A stretch of DNA of 64,000 nt from the NCBI GenBank assembly GCA_964481395.1, contig CAYZYG010000002.1:6060-70059 (forward strand), written 5' to 3'. The notes under the pieces were generated by a model. The model saw only the letters and a list, made by a program, of their open reading frames with translations. It was not told the origin of the DNA and searched no databases. Below, one piece after another: positions 43,173-51,437 of this stretch; position 1 is the stretch's first letter, and every line of letters starts with the position of its first letter. The position numbers were made by a program, and so were the translations under genes. Source of the DNA: an uncultured Vicinamibacterales bacterium. GTDB taxonomy: Bacteria > Acidobacteriota > Vicinamibacteria > Vicinamibacterales > JAKQTR01.

Positions 43173-43738
43173 TGGCGTTGATTCGCTGTGCGTGGGCCGG
43201 GACCGATCCAATCTACATCGCGTATCACGACCAGGAGTGGGGCGTGCCGTTGCACGACGACCGGCGGCTCTTCGAGATGCTGGTCCTCGAAGGCGCGCAG
43301 GCCGGCCTGAGCTGGGTCACGATTCTGCGCAAGCGCGAGGCGTACCGGGCGGCCTTCGATCGCTTCGACCCGGCCAAGGTCGCGCGGTACGGCGAATCCC
43401 GCGTCGCGCGCCTCCTCGAGAACCCGGGCATCGTCCGCAACCGGCTGAAGATCGCGTCCGCCGTCAACAACGCCCGCCGCTTTCTCGCCGTCCAAGAGGA
43501 GTTCGGGTCGTTCGACGCGTACGTGTGGCGCTTCGTGGACGGGCGGCCGCGAGTCAACCGGTGGAAGACGCTCAAGGAGGTCCCGGCGCGGACGGCCGAG
43601 TCTGATGCGATGAGCAAGGATCTCCGCCAGCGCGGATTCACCTTCGTCGGCTCGACGATCTGTTATGCGCACATGCAGGCCACGGGCATGGTGAACGACC
43701 ACGTGGTGGACTGCCATCGGTGGGCGGCCTGCTGCTGA
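43172..43738 (+). CDS. tag: DNA-3-methyladenine glycosylase I
   Basis: RCAWAGTDPIYIAYHDQEWGVPLHDDRRLFEMLVLEGAQAGLSW...TICYAHMQATGMVNDH. The start overlaps the upstream stop (TGATG). Confidence 0.95.
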   Translation: MALIRCAWAGTDPIYIAYHDQEWGVPLHDDRRLFEMLVLEGAQAGLSWVTILRKREAYRAAFDRFDPAKVARYGESRVARLLENPGIVRNRLKIASAVNNARRFLAVQEEFGSFDAYVWRFVDGRPRVNRWKTLKEVPARTAESDAMSKDLRQRGFTFVGSTICYAHMQATGMVNDHVVDCHRWAACC

Positions 43739-43984
43739 GCCGCGTGAATTCGGGACCCGGGACCTGGGACCTGGGACCCGGGACCCGGGATCCCGCGTGT
43801 GACTCGGCACCCACGCTCAGCCGCCATTGGGCAGCCCACGGGAGGACCCCGCTCTGGGTCCCGGGCTTAGCCCCGGTGTAGTCCCGGCCAAGCCCGGGGT
43901 TCGGGTCTCCAAGCCCGGGGTTCGGGTCTCCGGTTTCATGACTCAGAACTCACAACTCCTAACTCGCAACTCCGAAATAATTAG

Positions 43985-44013
43985 TTGACAGGCGCCACCG
44001 GCCGGCGTAGAGT
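43985..44013 (+). promoter_or_regulatory. candidate sigma-70 promoter of the blaI-like operon
   Basis: TTGACA (43985-43990), N17, TAGAGT (44008-44013). About 80 nt upstream of ATG 44095. Confidence 0.45.
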
Positions 44014-44019
44014 GGTTTC

Positions 44020-44041
44020 AAATCCGAATATTTTCGGATTT
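44020..44041. promoter_or_regulatory. perfect palindromic operator candidate (AAATCCGAA-TATT-TTCGGATTT)
   Basis: Perfect 9-nt arms with a 4-nt centre, 7 nt downstream of the candidate -10. It is the only AT-rich palindrome in this gap and is positioned for autorepression by the BlaI-like protein. Confidence 0.45.
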
Positions 44042-44094
44042 TCTGGTCGGATCGGCCCTCCTGCAGGTGGGTGGCCTCGATCCCGAGGGAGACG

Positions 44095-44478
44095 ATGGGG
44101 CGTACGCGGTCGGCAACGCTGACGGATGGCGAACTCAGGCTGATGCGCGTGCTCTGGGTCCGCGGCAGTTCGACGGTGTCTGACATCGTTGACGGCCTCG
44201 GTCCCAGGCGGAGCCCGGCGTACAACACCGTGCAGACGATGATGCGGATCCTGGAGCGGAAGGGATACGTCCGCCACCGCAAGGAAGGCCGCGCCTTCGT
44301 CTTCGAACCGGTCATCGATCAGTCTCAGGCTCAGCGCAGCGCGCTGCGGTACGTCCTCGACCGCTTCTTCGACAACTCGCCCCAGACGCTCGTCCTGAGT
44401 CTGCTGGAAGACCAGCAGGTGGACGATGCGGACCTGGCTGACCTCCGGGATCTCGTGCGGCGTCGCGAGGCACACTGA
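44095..44478 (+). CDS. BlaI/MecI/CopY-family transcriptional repressor
   Basis: ATG 44095 preceded by GAGGGAG (the ORF opens at GTG 44071). LTDGELRLMRVLWVRGSSTVSDIVDGL...YNTVQTMMRILERKGYV winged helix. Confidence 0.9.
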   Translation: MGRTRSATLTDGELRLMRVLWVRGSSTVSDIVDGLGPRRSPAYNTVQTMMRILERKGYVRHRKEGRAFVFEPVIDQSQAQRSALRYVLDRFFDNSPQTLVLSLLEDQQVDDADLADLRDLVRRREAH

Positions 44479-44480
44479 TC

Positions 44481-46016
44481 ATGGCCTCGCTGCTTCTGTG
44501 GGTCGGACAGAGCTTGGCCGTGGCGCTTCTGGTGTGTCTCGCCAGCCGGTTGGGGGCGCGACACGTTCGACCGGCCGCCCACCACCTGGCGTGGCAGTCC
44601 GCGCTGGTCTGTCTCGCGGTCCTTGCCTTGGCTGGTTTCGCGCCGGCGGATCCGCCCGCCTCAGTGTGGGGCGCAACCGCCACGCCGCTTCCGCCTTCCC
44701 GGTCTCTCGCTCCCCTGGCCATCCCCGCCGCACCCGGTTGGGTGCTGCCGGTGGTGGTGGCCATCTGGATGTCAGGCGCCCTGTGGCGGCTGGCTGGTCT
44801 GGCCTGGCAGCTGGCGCGTGTCCGCCGACTGAAACGCTCGTGCGTCGTGATGACAGGCCACGATCTGCGCCGGGCGTCGAACCTGAGACGTGCGGTCCGC
44901 GCCGGACGCCGTGCGCGCCTCTGCTGGTGCGAGGAGCTGGCCGGGCCCGCCATGCTCGGCTTCGGCCGGCCGATCGTGGCCCTGCCTCGGACCCAGGCCG
45001 ACCGGCTGACGGCTCGCGACCTCGAGCAGGTGCTGCTCCACGAACTGGCGCACGTGCACCGGCGCGACGATTGGAGCGCCCTCGCCGAACACGTGCTCGT
45101 CGCCCTGATGTGGATTAACCCGGCCGCGCACGTGGTCAGCCGGGGACTGGCGGTGTCGCGCGAGATGAGCTGCGACGACTGGGTCATCCGACAGACGGCC
45201 GAGCCGATCGCGTATGCCCGGTGCCTGACGGCAGTCGCGGCGCTGCGCGCGCGCCCGCACGACGAGAGTCTCGTCGCGGGGGTGGCCGCGTCGAGGCACG
45301 CGCTCCGCCGCCGCGTCCAGCAGGCCGCCGAGGTCGGGATCCGGCCTGGCGCGCGGCTGACCCGCGCCGCGTTCGGCCTCGTGCCGCTGGCGACGGGAAT
45401 GCTCGGCGTCGCGATCCTCGCGATGCCCCCGCTCGTCGTCGAGGGGCCGACTCCGGTCGGGAATCCGGACATCTCCGTGACGGCACGGCCGGAGGCGACC
45501 CCGGCCCAGGCTGGCGGCGGTCGTCCCGCCGCGGCGGACGCCACGGCCCTCGCCCGGCAGCAGGCAGCGGGCGGTGTCCCCGGACGAGTCGGCGCGATGA
45601 GGCCGTCAGGGCTTCGGACTCCGCCGCGATCACCCGGCCTCGCCTCCGCACCGCTCTCGACGTCGACCCCGGCGGCCGAGACCCGTGGAGCCGGCCTTCC
45701 GGGCGCGTCACCTGACGCCTCTGGCGTACGCCGCGTCGAGTTGACGCCCGTCGAGACGCACGCAACGGGGCGCGCTCCGTTCGAGCCCGCCCTTCCGCCC
45801 CCTCCGAGTCGTGGATCCGCCGACGGCATGCTGCTGCAGGCTGGCGCTGGCGACTCGGTACCTCTCGTGAAGATCGATCCCTCCCGGCCCCGTGCGTGGT
45901 CGGTGACATCCGCCACAGCAGGGAGCCTCGTAGACGGCGCCGTCTACACCGGTCGCTCCACCGCTGCTTTCTTCAAACGGGTTGGAGGAGTACTGTCCCG
46001 TCCGTTCGGGCGCTGA
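44481..46016 (+). CDS. M56-family (BlaR1-like) membrane metalloprotease without a recognisable penicillin-binding sensor domain
   Basis: Starts 2 nt after the blaI-like stop. N-terminal TM helices and HELAHVHRRDDW zinc motif. The C-terminal roughly 230 aa are Pro/Ala/Gly-rich and low-complexity. Confidence 0.85.
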   Translation: MASLLLWVGQSLAVALLVCLASRLGARHVRPAAHHLAWQSALVCLAVLALAGFAPADPPASVWGATATPLPPSRSLAPLAIPAAPGWVLPVVVAIWMSGALWRLAGLAWQLARVRRLKRSCVVMTGHDLRRASNLRRAVRAGRRARLCWCEELAGPAMLGFGRPIVALPRTQADRLTARDLEQVLLHELAHVHRRDDWSALAEHVLVALMWINPAAHVVSRGLAVSREMSCDDWVIRQTAEPIAYARCLTAVAALRARPHDESLVAGVAASRHALRRRVQQAAEVGIRPGARLTRAAFGLVPLATGMLGVAILAMPPLVVEGPTPVGNPDISVTARPEATPAQAGGGRPAAADATALARQQAAGGVPGRVGAMRPSGLRTPPRSPGLASAPLSTSTPAAETRGAGLPGASPDASGVRRVELTPVETHATGRAPFEPALPPPPSRGSADGMLLQAGAGDSVPLVKIDPSRPRAWSVTSATAGSLVDGAVYTGRSTAAFFKRVGGVLSRPFGR

Positions 46017-46043
46017 CGCCCGTCTCACTGCCGGAGCCCAGTC

Positions 46044-47558
46044 ATGCGCGTCTTTCTGGTCAACCCCAGCCACGTGTCGTTCGGCGTCGCCGTGATCACG
46101 CCACGCTGGCTGTTCGTTCTCGCGTCCGCCACACCGGCAGAGGCCGGTGACCCGGTTCTCGTCGATGAAACGCTCGATCCGTTGAACGTCTCCGACGTCC
46201 AGGCCGGCGACGTCGTCGGCATCGGCATCCACACGGGCAACGCCCTGCGCGGCTACGAAGTCGGGAAAGCCTGCCGCGAGCGGGGAGCCTGGGTGGTCTA
46301 CGGTGGCATCCACGCTTCGCTGTTCCCGGACGAGCCGCACGAGATCGGTGGGGCCCACGCGGTCGTCAAGGGTGACGGCGACCTCATCTGGCCGTCGGTG
46401 GTGCGAGACTGCGTCGCAGGCCTGCCGCAGCGTCTCTACGACGCCGGCCGTGTGCCGGGCGACGCCATGCTGCCGGCGCGCTGGGATCTGCTGCCGGAGG
46501 GCCGGTACATGTGGGCATCGGTCCAGACGGTCCGGGGCTGTCCCAAGCACTGTTCGTTCTGCTCGGTGTGGCGGACGGACGGCCAGCAGCCGCGGCAGCG
46601 GCAGAACGACGCCCTCATCGAAGAGATTGTGGAACTCCGGCGTCGCGGCTTCCGGTTCGTGGCGCTCGCCGACGACAACTTCTACCCGGTGACGCTGGCC
46701 GACCTGGCGGCCGCCGACCGGCGGGCCGACAAGACGCACCTCAACCAGCTGAAGGCCATGCGGGACGAACGGATGGCCTTCATGCGGCGTCTCGCCAGGC
46801 TTCCGGGCGACATGAACTTCTTCACGCAGATCACCATGGAGGCGGCCGAGGATCCCGAGTTCCTCGACGCGATGCGGGAGGCGCGGATTCGCGGGGCGCT
46901 GGTCGGCATCGAGTCGATTACTCCGGAGGGCCTCAAGGACGTCTACAAGGGGTTCAACCTGTCCGGCGACGCGCTCGTCGAGCGGCTTCGAACGTTCCGC
47001 AAGCACGGGGTGCAGGTGCTGGGGTCGTTCATCTTCGGTCTGCCCAGCGACAGGCCCGAGACGTTCGACGCGACGGCGGCGCTCGCGATCGAGTCCGAAA
47101 TCGCGTTCGCGCAGTTCGTGATGCTCACGCCGTTCCCGGGGACGATCGACTTCGAACGGTGGGCGAAGGAATCGGACGCGAAGGGCCAGCATGTCAACGG
47201 CGTCCCGTACTCGCGGCACTGGCTGATTCCGGCCCACGAGCGGCCGCGGGCGTTCAGCGAGCACCCGGTGATGACGTCTCAGGAGATCCGGGACCGCACC
47301 CAGTCGACGTGGGATCGCTTTTATACGCTGCCTGCCATCTGGCGGCGCTCGAGCTGCGTTCCCACGATCAAGGGCCGGCTGGCGTTCATCATGCTCTCGA
47401 AGCTCTACCGCCAGATGTACGCCAACACCGGGATCACGACCGACAGCGGCCGCGTGTCACGGTCGGTGCGGTGGGCGCGGTGGATCGCAGCCCCGTGCCG
47501 TCGTCTCTTCGCCGCGAAGCCGATGCCCGACCTGGTGGCGCCGGCGGAGGCGGGGTAG
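46044..47558 (+). CDS. B12-binding-domain radical SAM protein
   Basis: N-terminal cobalamin-binding-like fold (VVGIGIHTGNALRGYEV...GGIHAS). CxxxCxxC motif in VRGCPKHCSFCSVW. Confidence 0.85.
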   Translation: MRVFLVNPSHVSFGVAVITPRWLFVLASATPAEAGDPVLVDETLDPLNVSDVQAGDVVGIGIHTGNALRGYEVGKACRERGAWVVYGGIHASLFPDEPHEIGGAHAVVKGDGDLIWPSVVRDCVAGLPQRLYDAGRVPGDAMLPARWDLLPEGRYMWASVQTVRGCPKHCSFCSVWRTDGQQPRQRQNDALIEEIVELRRRGFRFVALADDNFYPVTLADLAAADRRADKTHLNQLKAMRDERMAFMRRLARLPGDMNFFTQITMEAAEDPEFLDAMREARIRGALVGIESITPEGLKDVYKGFNLSGDALVERLRTFRKHGVQVLGSFIFGLPSDRPETFDATAALAIESEIAFAQFVMLTPFPGTIDFERWAKESDAKGQHVNGVPYSRHWLIPAHERPRAFSEHPVMTSQEIRDRTQSTWDRFYTLPAIWRRSSCVPTIKGRLAFIMLSKLYRQMYANTGITTDSGRVSRSVRWARWIAAPCRRLFAAKPMPDLVAPAEAG

Positions 47559-47676
47559 GCGGACAGCCGATCCTCGTTCGGGACCCTGGATCCGGGATCC
47601 GGGGTCCGGGACCCGGTGCTGCACGGCACAGGAGCCTGGGACGGGCGACGACAGGGCTGGTGGTGACACGATGTTG

Positions 47677-47742
47677 ACCCCCGCTCTAGAGCGGGTCTAC
47701 TCCGGGGCAACTCCGGGATGAGACCCGCTCTAGCGCGGGGGT
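47677..47742. terminator. long hairpin between convergent genes (possible bidirectional terminator)
   Basis: ACCCCCGCTCTAGAGCGGGTCT (47677-47698) and AGACCCGCTCTAGCGCGGGGGT (47721-47742) are reverse complements with 1 mismatch in 22. The loop is 22 nt and there is no U-tract. Confidence 0.4.
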
Positions 47743-47757
47743 GTTCGGCCGGAGCGC

Positions 47758-48729
47758 TCAGAGCGGCAGCTTGAGGTGCCGTCTCACGTACGCGACGAGG
47801 ACGTCGGCGAAGGCGGTCGCGAACCGGTCCCGGGCCTGAGCCGAGTCGCGGATGCCGGGCATGGGCAGTTCGGCCTGGATGGCGCTCACCGGCGAGCCGC
47901 CGGCCGATCCGTGGCGGCTGGTGATGTAGCCGCCGTTGAAGTAGTCATCGGCTCCAGGTGTCGGAATCACGTCGCTTGGCACGGCCGCGTACCCGTCGCG
48001 TTGCAGCAGTCCGCCGAGACTGTCGGGGCCTCGCAGGACGACAGAGAACGGTACGCCGCTTTCGGCCGCCAGGGTCCGGATGCTGCTTTGTGCGGCGTAT
48101 CCGCCCGCGTCCAGCTCGGCGTCCGTCCGGTCCAGCACTGCGGCGTTCAGCAGGTAGCCCAGCTCGATGCGCGCGATCGCGTGGCCGTGCCCGTGCACGT
48201 CCACGACGAGCGCCGTCGGGCTGCGTCTCAGGGCCAGCCCGGCCGCCGTCTCGAGATAGGCGTGGTACTCCCGCCACGCCTGCTCGGCCGCGGCGTTGCC
48301 CTGCGCGCCTTCGACGATCTCCCGGTTCACGTCGATCTTCGTCCGCCTCAGCCGGCAAACTACCAGTGACACGGATTGTCCGGTCCTGTTTTGCAGCGCG
48401 ACCGCCACACGGCGAGCCAGATCTTCCGTCGCCGTGTCGGTGACGGTGGTGCCGGCGGTGCGGTTGGGGATCTCGGCCGGCTCGAGACTTCCGCCGTGCG
48501 GCGCGCTCAGAATGATGGGCAGTTCACCGGCCTGGAACTCGATATAGCCGTTGCGGCCGAAATACGTCTGGCCCGGGACGTACTCGACCACCGGGGCCGC
48601 TGGCGGCGTGGGTGTGGATGGCGACGAAGGATTCCCGCCGCCTCCGCCGCACGAAAGAGCAGCGGCGATCAGGCCAGCGAAGATGCCCGCTACGAACAGC
48701 CGCGCCCGTCCGTTCACAGCAGCCCCCAC
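47758..48729 (-). CDS. PghP / N-formylglutamate amidohydrolase-fold zinc hydrolase lipoprotein (candidate poly-gamma-glutamate hydrolase)
   Basis: Lipobox LIAAALSCGGG. ILSAPHGGSLEP (H-x4-E) and VVDVHGHGH resemble the metal-binding motifs of the FGase/PghP fold. It is the last gene of the pgs cluster and overlaps the upstream gene by 16 nt. Confidence 0.5.
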   Translation of the reverse strand: MGAAVNGRARLFVAGIFAGLIAAALSCGGGGGNPSSPSTPTPPAAPVVEYVPGQTYFGRNGYIEFQAGELPIILSAPHGGSLEPAEIPNRTAGTTVTDTATEDLARRVAVALQNRTGQSVSLVVCRLRRTKIDVNREIVEGAQGNAAAEQAWREYHAYLETAAGLALRRSPTALVVDVHGHGHAIARIELGYLLNAAVLDRTDAELDAGGYAAQSSIRTLAAESGVPFSVVLRGPDSLGGLLQRDGYAAVPSDVIPTPGADDYFNGGYITSRHGSAGGSPVSAIQAELPMPGIRDSAQARDRFATAFADVLVAYVRRHLKLPL

Positions 48730-49694
48730 GTGAGCGCCAGTTCACGGATGTTGAGCAGGTGGAGGACCGGCACCCCCCGTTCGACCATCCGCGCCACGAG
48801 GCCCCGGCCGGGTCCGAGGTCGAACGGGTCGGCCGGGACCCAGCCGCTCCGAATCCTCAGGATGGCCGGCGATCGTCCCAGGCTCGCCGATGTGCCGCCG
48901 ACGTTCACGAACAGTCGCACGGCGCGACGGCCCCCGGCGCCGTCCAGCACGCGCAGCCGCTCGCTGATGGCGTCCTCGAGCGACGATGCCGCCAGCCGGC
49001 GTGCGCCCAGCGCGGCCGCCGCTTCGTCGGCAATCCGCGACGCGAGGTCGCGTCCCTCGTCGTCCAGATCGAGGCCCGCGTCCTCGTCGCCGCCAATCGA
49101 GACCGCGGCTGACACCGGGGCGATGATGCCCGCGCGCACGAGCCCCACTTCCATCTCCGGCCAGGTGAACCCGGGGTCGGTCGCGCCCCACGTCGACGCG
49201 GTGACCGACGAAAACCCGATGAGCTCGACGCCCAGCGCCCGGCACGCGCAGGCGGTCGCGATGTTCAGGCCGGGGAACGAGCCCGAGAACGATGCCACCG
49301 CGAGGTCGGACGGTCCGATGCCGCGTGCCCGAATCTGCACGGTCAGCGCGGACGCCCACGCCGGCGACGTGGAGAGCCGCTTGGCTTCGAGACTCCCGAG
49401 TGTCGTGACGAGCGGTGTCCACTCCGATCCGATCAGGGCGCTGGATCCCGCTCCAGCCGGGATCCCCCCCATTCCGGCCGCCGTCCGCGCGCGCGCGATC
49501 GCGTCGGTCGCGTCCCGCATGCATTGCTCAGCGCGCTCGGCTTCGGCTGTCCGCTGCGGCGCGCGCCTTCCCACAGCGGGCCACTGGATGACGGGGATCC
49601 ATCCCAGGGCCATCAGTACGACCGCGACCGTGCACGTCACGCCCAGGACGGTGGCGGCCCGTCTACGCGATGCGGTCGGCAGGCGGCGGTTCAC
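48714..49694 (-). CDS. poly-gamma-glutamate system protein (third gene of pgsBC-type loci lacking pgsA/capA)
   Basis: N-terminal TM anchor. It starts 2 nt after the pgsC stop. The assignment rests mainly on conserved position after pgsB-pgsC. I cannot verify the family from motifs alone. Confidence 0.45.
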   Translation of the reverse strand: MNRRLPTASRRRAATVLGVTCTVAVVLMALGWIPVIQWPAVGRRAPQRTAEAERAEQCMRDATDAIARARTAAGMGGIPAGAGSSALIGSEWTPLVTTLGSLEAKRLSTSPAWASALTVQIRARGIGPSDLAVASFSGSFPGLNIATACACRALGVELIGFSSVTASTWGATDPGFTWPEMEVGLVRAGIIAPVSAAVSIGGDEDAGLDLDDEGRDLASRIADEAAAALGARRLAASSLEDAISERLRVLDGAGGRRAVRLFVNVGGTSASLGRSPAILRIRSGWVPADPFDLGPGRGLVARMVERGVPVLHLLNIRELALTWGLL

Positions 49695-49695
49695 G

Positions 49696-50139
49696 TCAGA
49701 CGATCCAGCCGGCGACGAGCGCCAGCAACAGCCGGACGATCACGGCGCCGAGGAGTGACATCCCGAGTGTGGGCCAGAGCCCCTGCGAGAGGGCCGTATT
49801 CGCGATGAGTCCGGGGATGAGGTACCCGATCACCCGGGCGTCCCCGGGGACGCCGGGCGCGTGGCCGATGACCCACACGTAGAGTCCGTGGACCACGAAT
49901 CCCGCGAGCACGGTGACGCCGAAGCGCCGGCGCCCGTAGAGAACAGCGACCCGCATCAGGCCGAACCGTACCGCCGCCCACGTGACCACGCCGACAACCA
50001 GGGTCGCGGCGACGCGGTCGGGGTGGTTCAGGTAGAGCGCGAGGTAGCCGGGCACGATCAGCCCGCCCGACGCGAGGCCAAACGCTTCGGTGAAGATCAG
50101 GTTGACGATAATGCCGAGGGCGAGGGCCGTTTCAATCAT
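49696..50139 (-). CDS. pgsC: poly-gamma-glutamate biosynthesis protein PgsC/CapC
   Basis: 147-aa polytopic membrane protein. GIIVNLIFTEAFGLASGGLIVPGYLALYL and IGYLIPGLIAN match the CapC family pattern. Confidence 0.88.
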   Translation of the reverse strand: MIETALALGIIVNLIFTEAFGLASGGLIVPGYLALYLNHPDRVAATLVVGVVTWAAVRFGLMRVAVLYGRRRFGVTVLAGFVVHGLYVWVIGHAPGVPGDARVIGYLIPGLIANTALSQGLWPTLGMSLLGAVIVRLLLALVAGWIV

Positions 50140-50142
50140 GGC

Positions 50143-51291
50143 TCACTCCTCGAGCGCGGCGGCCAGCGCTGCCGTGTCGAGCCCGCGTGTGTTGCCGCTC
50201 AGCACCACCGTGCGGAGGTCTGGGCTGTTGCCGAGTGCCACGCGCAGCCCCGCGCCAAGTCGTGGACGCGGGACGAACGGCAGGTGCTCCCGGCCGAGCG
50301 TCCGGCAAACCCGCGTTCGCGACCACCAGTCGGGGCGGTCGCCCGTGACGAGGACCGCCACGCGCGGATCGGCCCACAGGCCGGACTCGGCGAACTGGCG
50401 CAGGCGCAGAGGCCGATCGCCGCGGTGGTTGAACACGACCAGGTCGCGGTCGGTGAGGCGGCCGACCAGGTGCCGGAACGACGCAGGATCGTTGGCGGCG
50501 CTCGCATCGATGACTTCCAGCGTCCGGCCGTCGGCCCGCACGGACCGGACGGTGCACGAACCCGGGTCGGGTACGGCCGAGACCATGCCGCGCAAGGCGA
50601 GGTCATCCGGCACGCCCAGACGGCGCGTTACGGCCAGCGCGACGGCATAGTTCGGCCGCTGCCAGGGCGGGAGCCGGAGCGCGTCGATCGCGGGGTCTTC
50701 AACGGTCGCGGCGAGCACGTCGCACCGTCGCCGTGCGGCCTCGCGCGCGGTGACCTCGCGCCAGGGTCCGGGGTCCGGGCCGAGGACGACGGCGCCGCCG
50801 CGGGGCACCGAGCTGGCGAGGGCGCGGGCGACATCGGTCTCGTCGGGTCCCATGACCTCCGCATGATCGGGCCGTGCGTTGGTGATGACGCCGACAGTGG
50901 CGGCAACCATGTCTCGTTCGCAGACGTCCTGGAGATCGGGATCGACAGCCATGCATTCGACGACGAGCGCGCCGGCGTCGAGTCGGTGAGCCTCGCGCAG
51001 CAGCCAGAGCTGCTCGCGGATGGAGGCCGGCGCACGACGCCTCACGGGGCGCTCGGAACCGTCGGGTAGAATCAGCCGGGGCGCCGTGCCGGTGGTCTTC
51101 GCGACGGTCCGGATGCCGGCCTCGCGGAGCGCGCCGGCAATGAGCCGGGTCACGGTCGACTTGCCTCGCGTCCCGTTCACGTGCACGCGAATCGGGATCG
51201 CAGCGCGGGCGCGATCGCGCCGGTCGCGCTCCCACGCGCCGAGGCCGAGGAGACCAGCCAGTAGCGCGCCGATGAGGACGGTGCTGCTCAT
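50143..51291 (-). CDS. pgsB: poly-gamma-glutamate synthase PgsB/CapB (Mur-ligase fold)
   Basis: N-terminal TM helix, VHVNGTRGKSTVTRLI P-loop, ECMAVDPDLQ and ITNARPDH. Confidence 0.9.
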   Translation of the reverse strand: MSSTVLIGALLAGLLGLGAWERDRRDRARAAIPIRVHVNGTRGKSTVTRLIAGALREAGIRTVAKTTGTAPRLILPDGSERPVRRRAPASIREQLWLLREAHRLDAGALVVECMAVDPDLQDVCERDMVAATVGVITNARPDHAEVMGPDETDVARALASSVPRGGAVVLGPDPGPWREVTAREAARRRCDVLAATVEDPAIDALRLPPWQRPNYAVALAVTRRLGVPDDLALRGMVSAVPDPGSCTVRSVRADGRTLEVIDASAANDPASFRHLVGRLTDRDLVVFNHRGDRPLRLRQFAESGLWADPRVAVLVTGDRPDWWSRTRVCRTLGREHLPFVPRPRLGAGLRVALGNSPDLRTVVLSGNTRGLDTAALAAALEE

Positions 51292-51299
51292 GGACGGTG

Positions 51300-51429
51300 G
51301 ATCAGTTGTCAGTTATCAGTTTTCAGTTCTGAGTTCTGAGCATGGAGTTCAACTGACAACTGACAACTGCTAACTGATATCTGATTACTGACAACTGCTA
51401 ACTGAGAATTGAAAACTGACCACTGAAAT
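51300..51429. repeat. AT-rich inverted heptad arrays (CAGTTNT)n / (NNAACTG)n upstream of pgsB
   Basis: About 6 units of nnnCAGT are followed, in the same 7-nt register, by about 12 units of nnAACTG. CAGT and ACTG are reverse complements, so the arms can pair. The GC content is far below the window norm. Confidence 0.85.
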
Positions 51430-51437
51430 CCCGTGCC

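Noticed and set aside
43888-43931. GGGGTTCGGGTCTCC strings resembling a tRNA T-arm, possibly tRNA fragments or att sites.
   Set aside because: There is no acceptor stem, no anticodon arm and no complementary T-stem. The strings are part of a tandem 21-mer, and no integrase is nearby.
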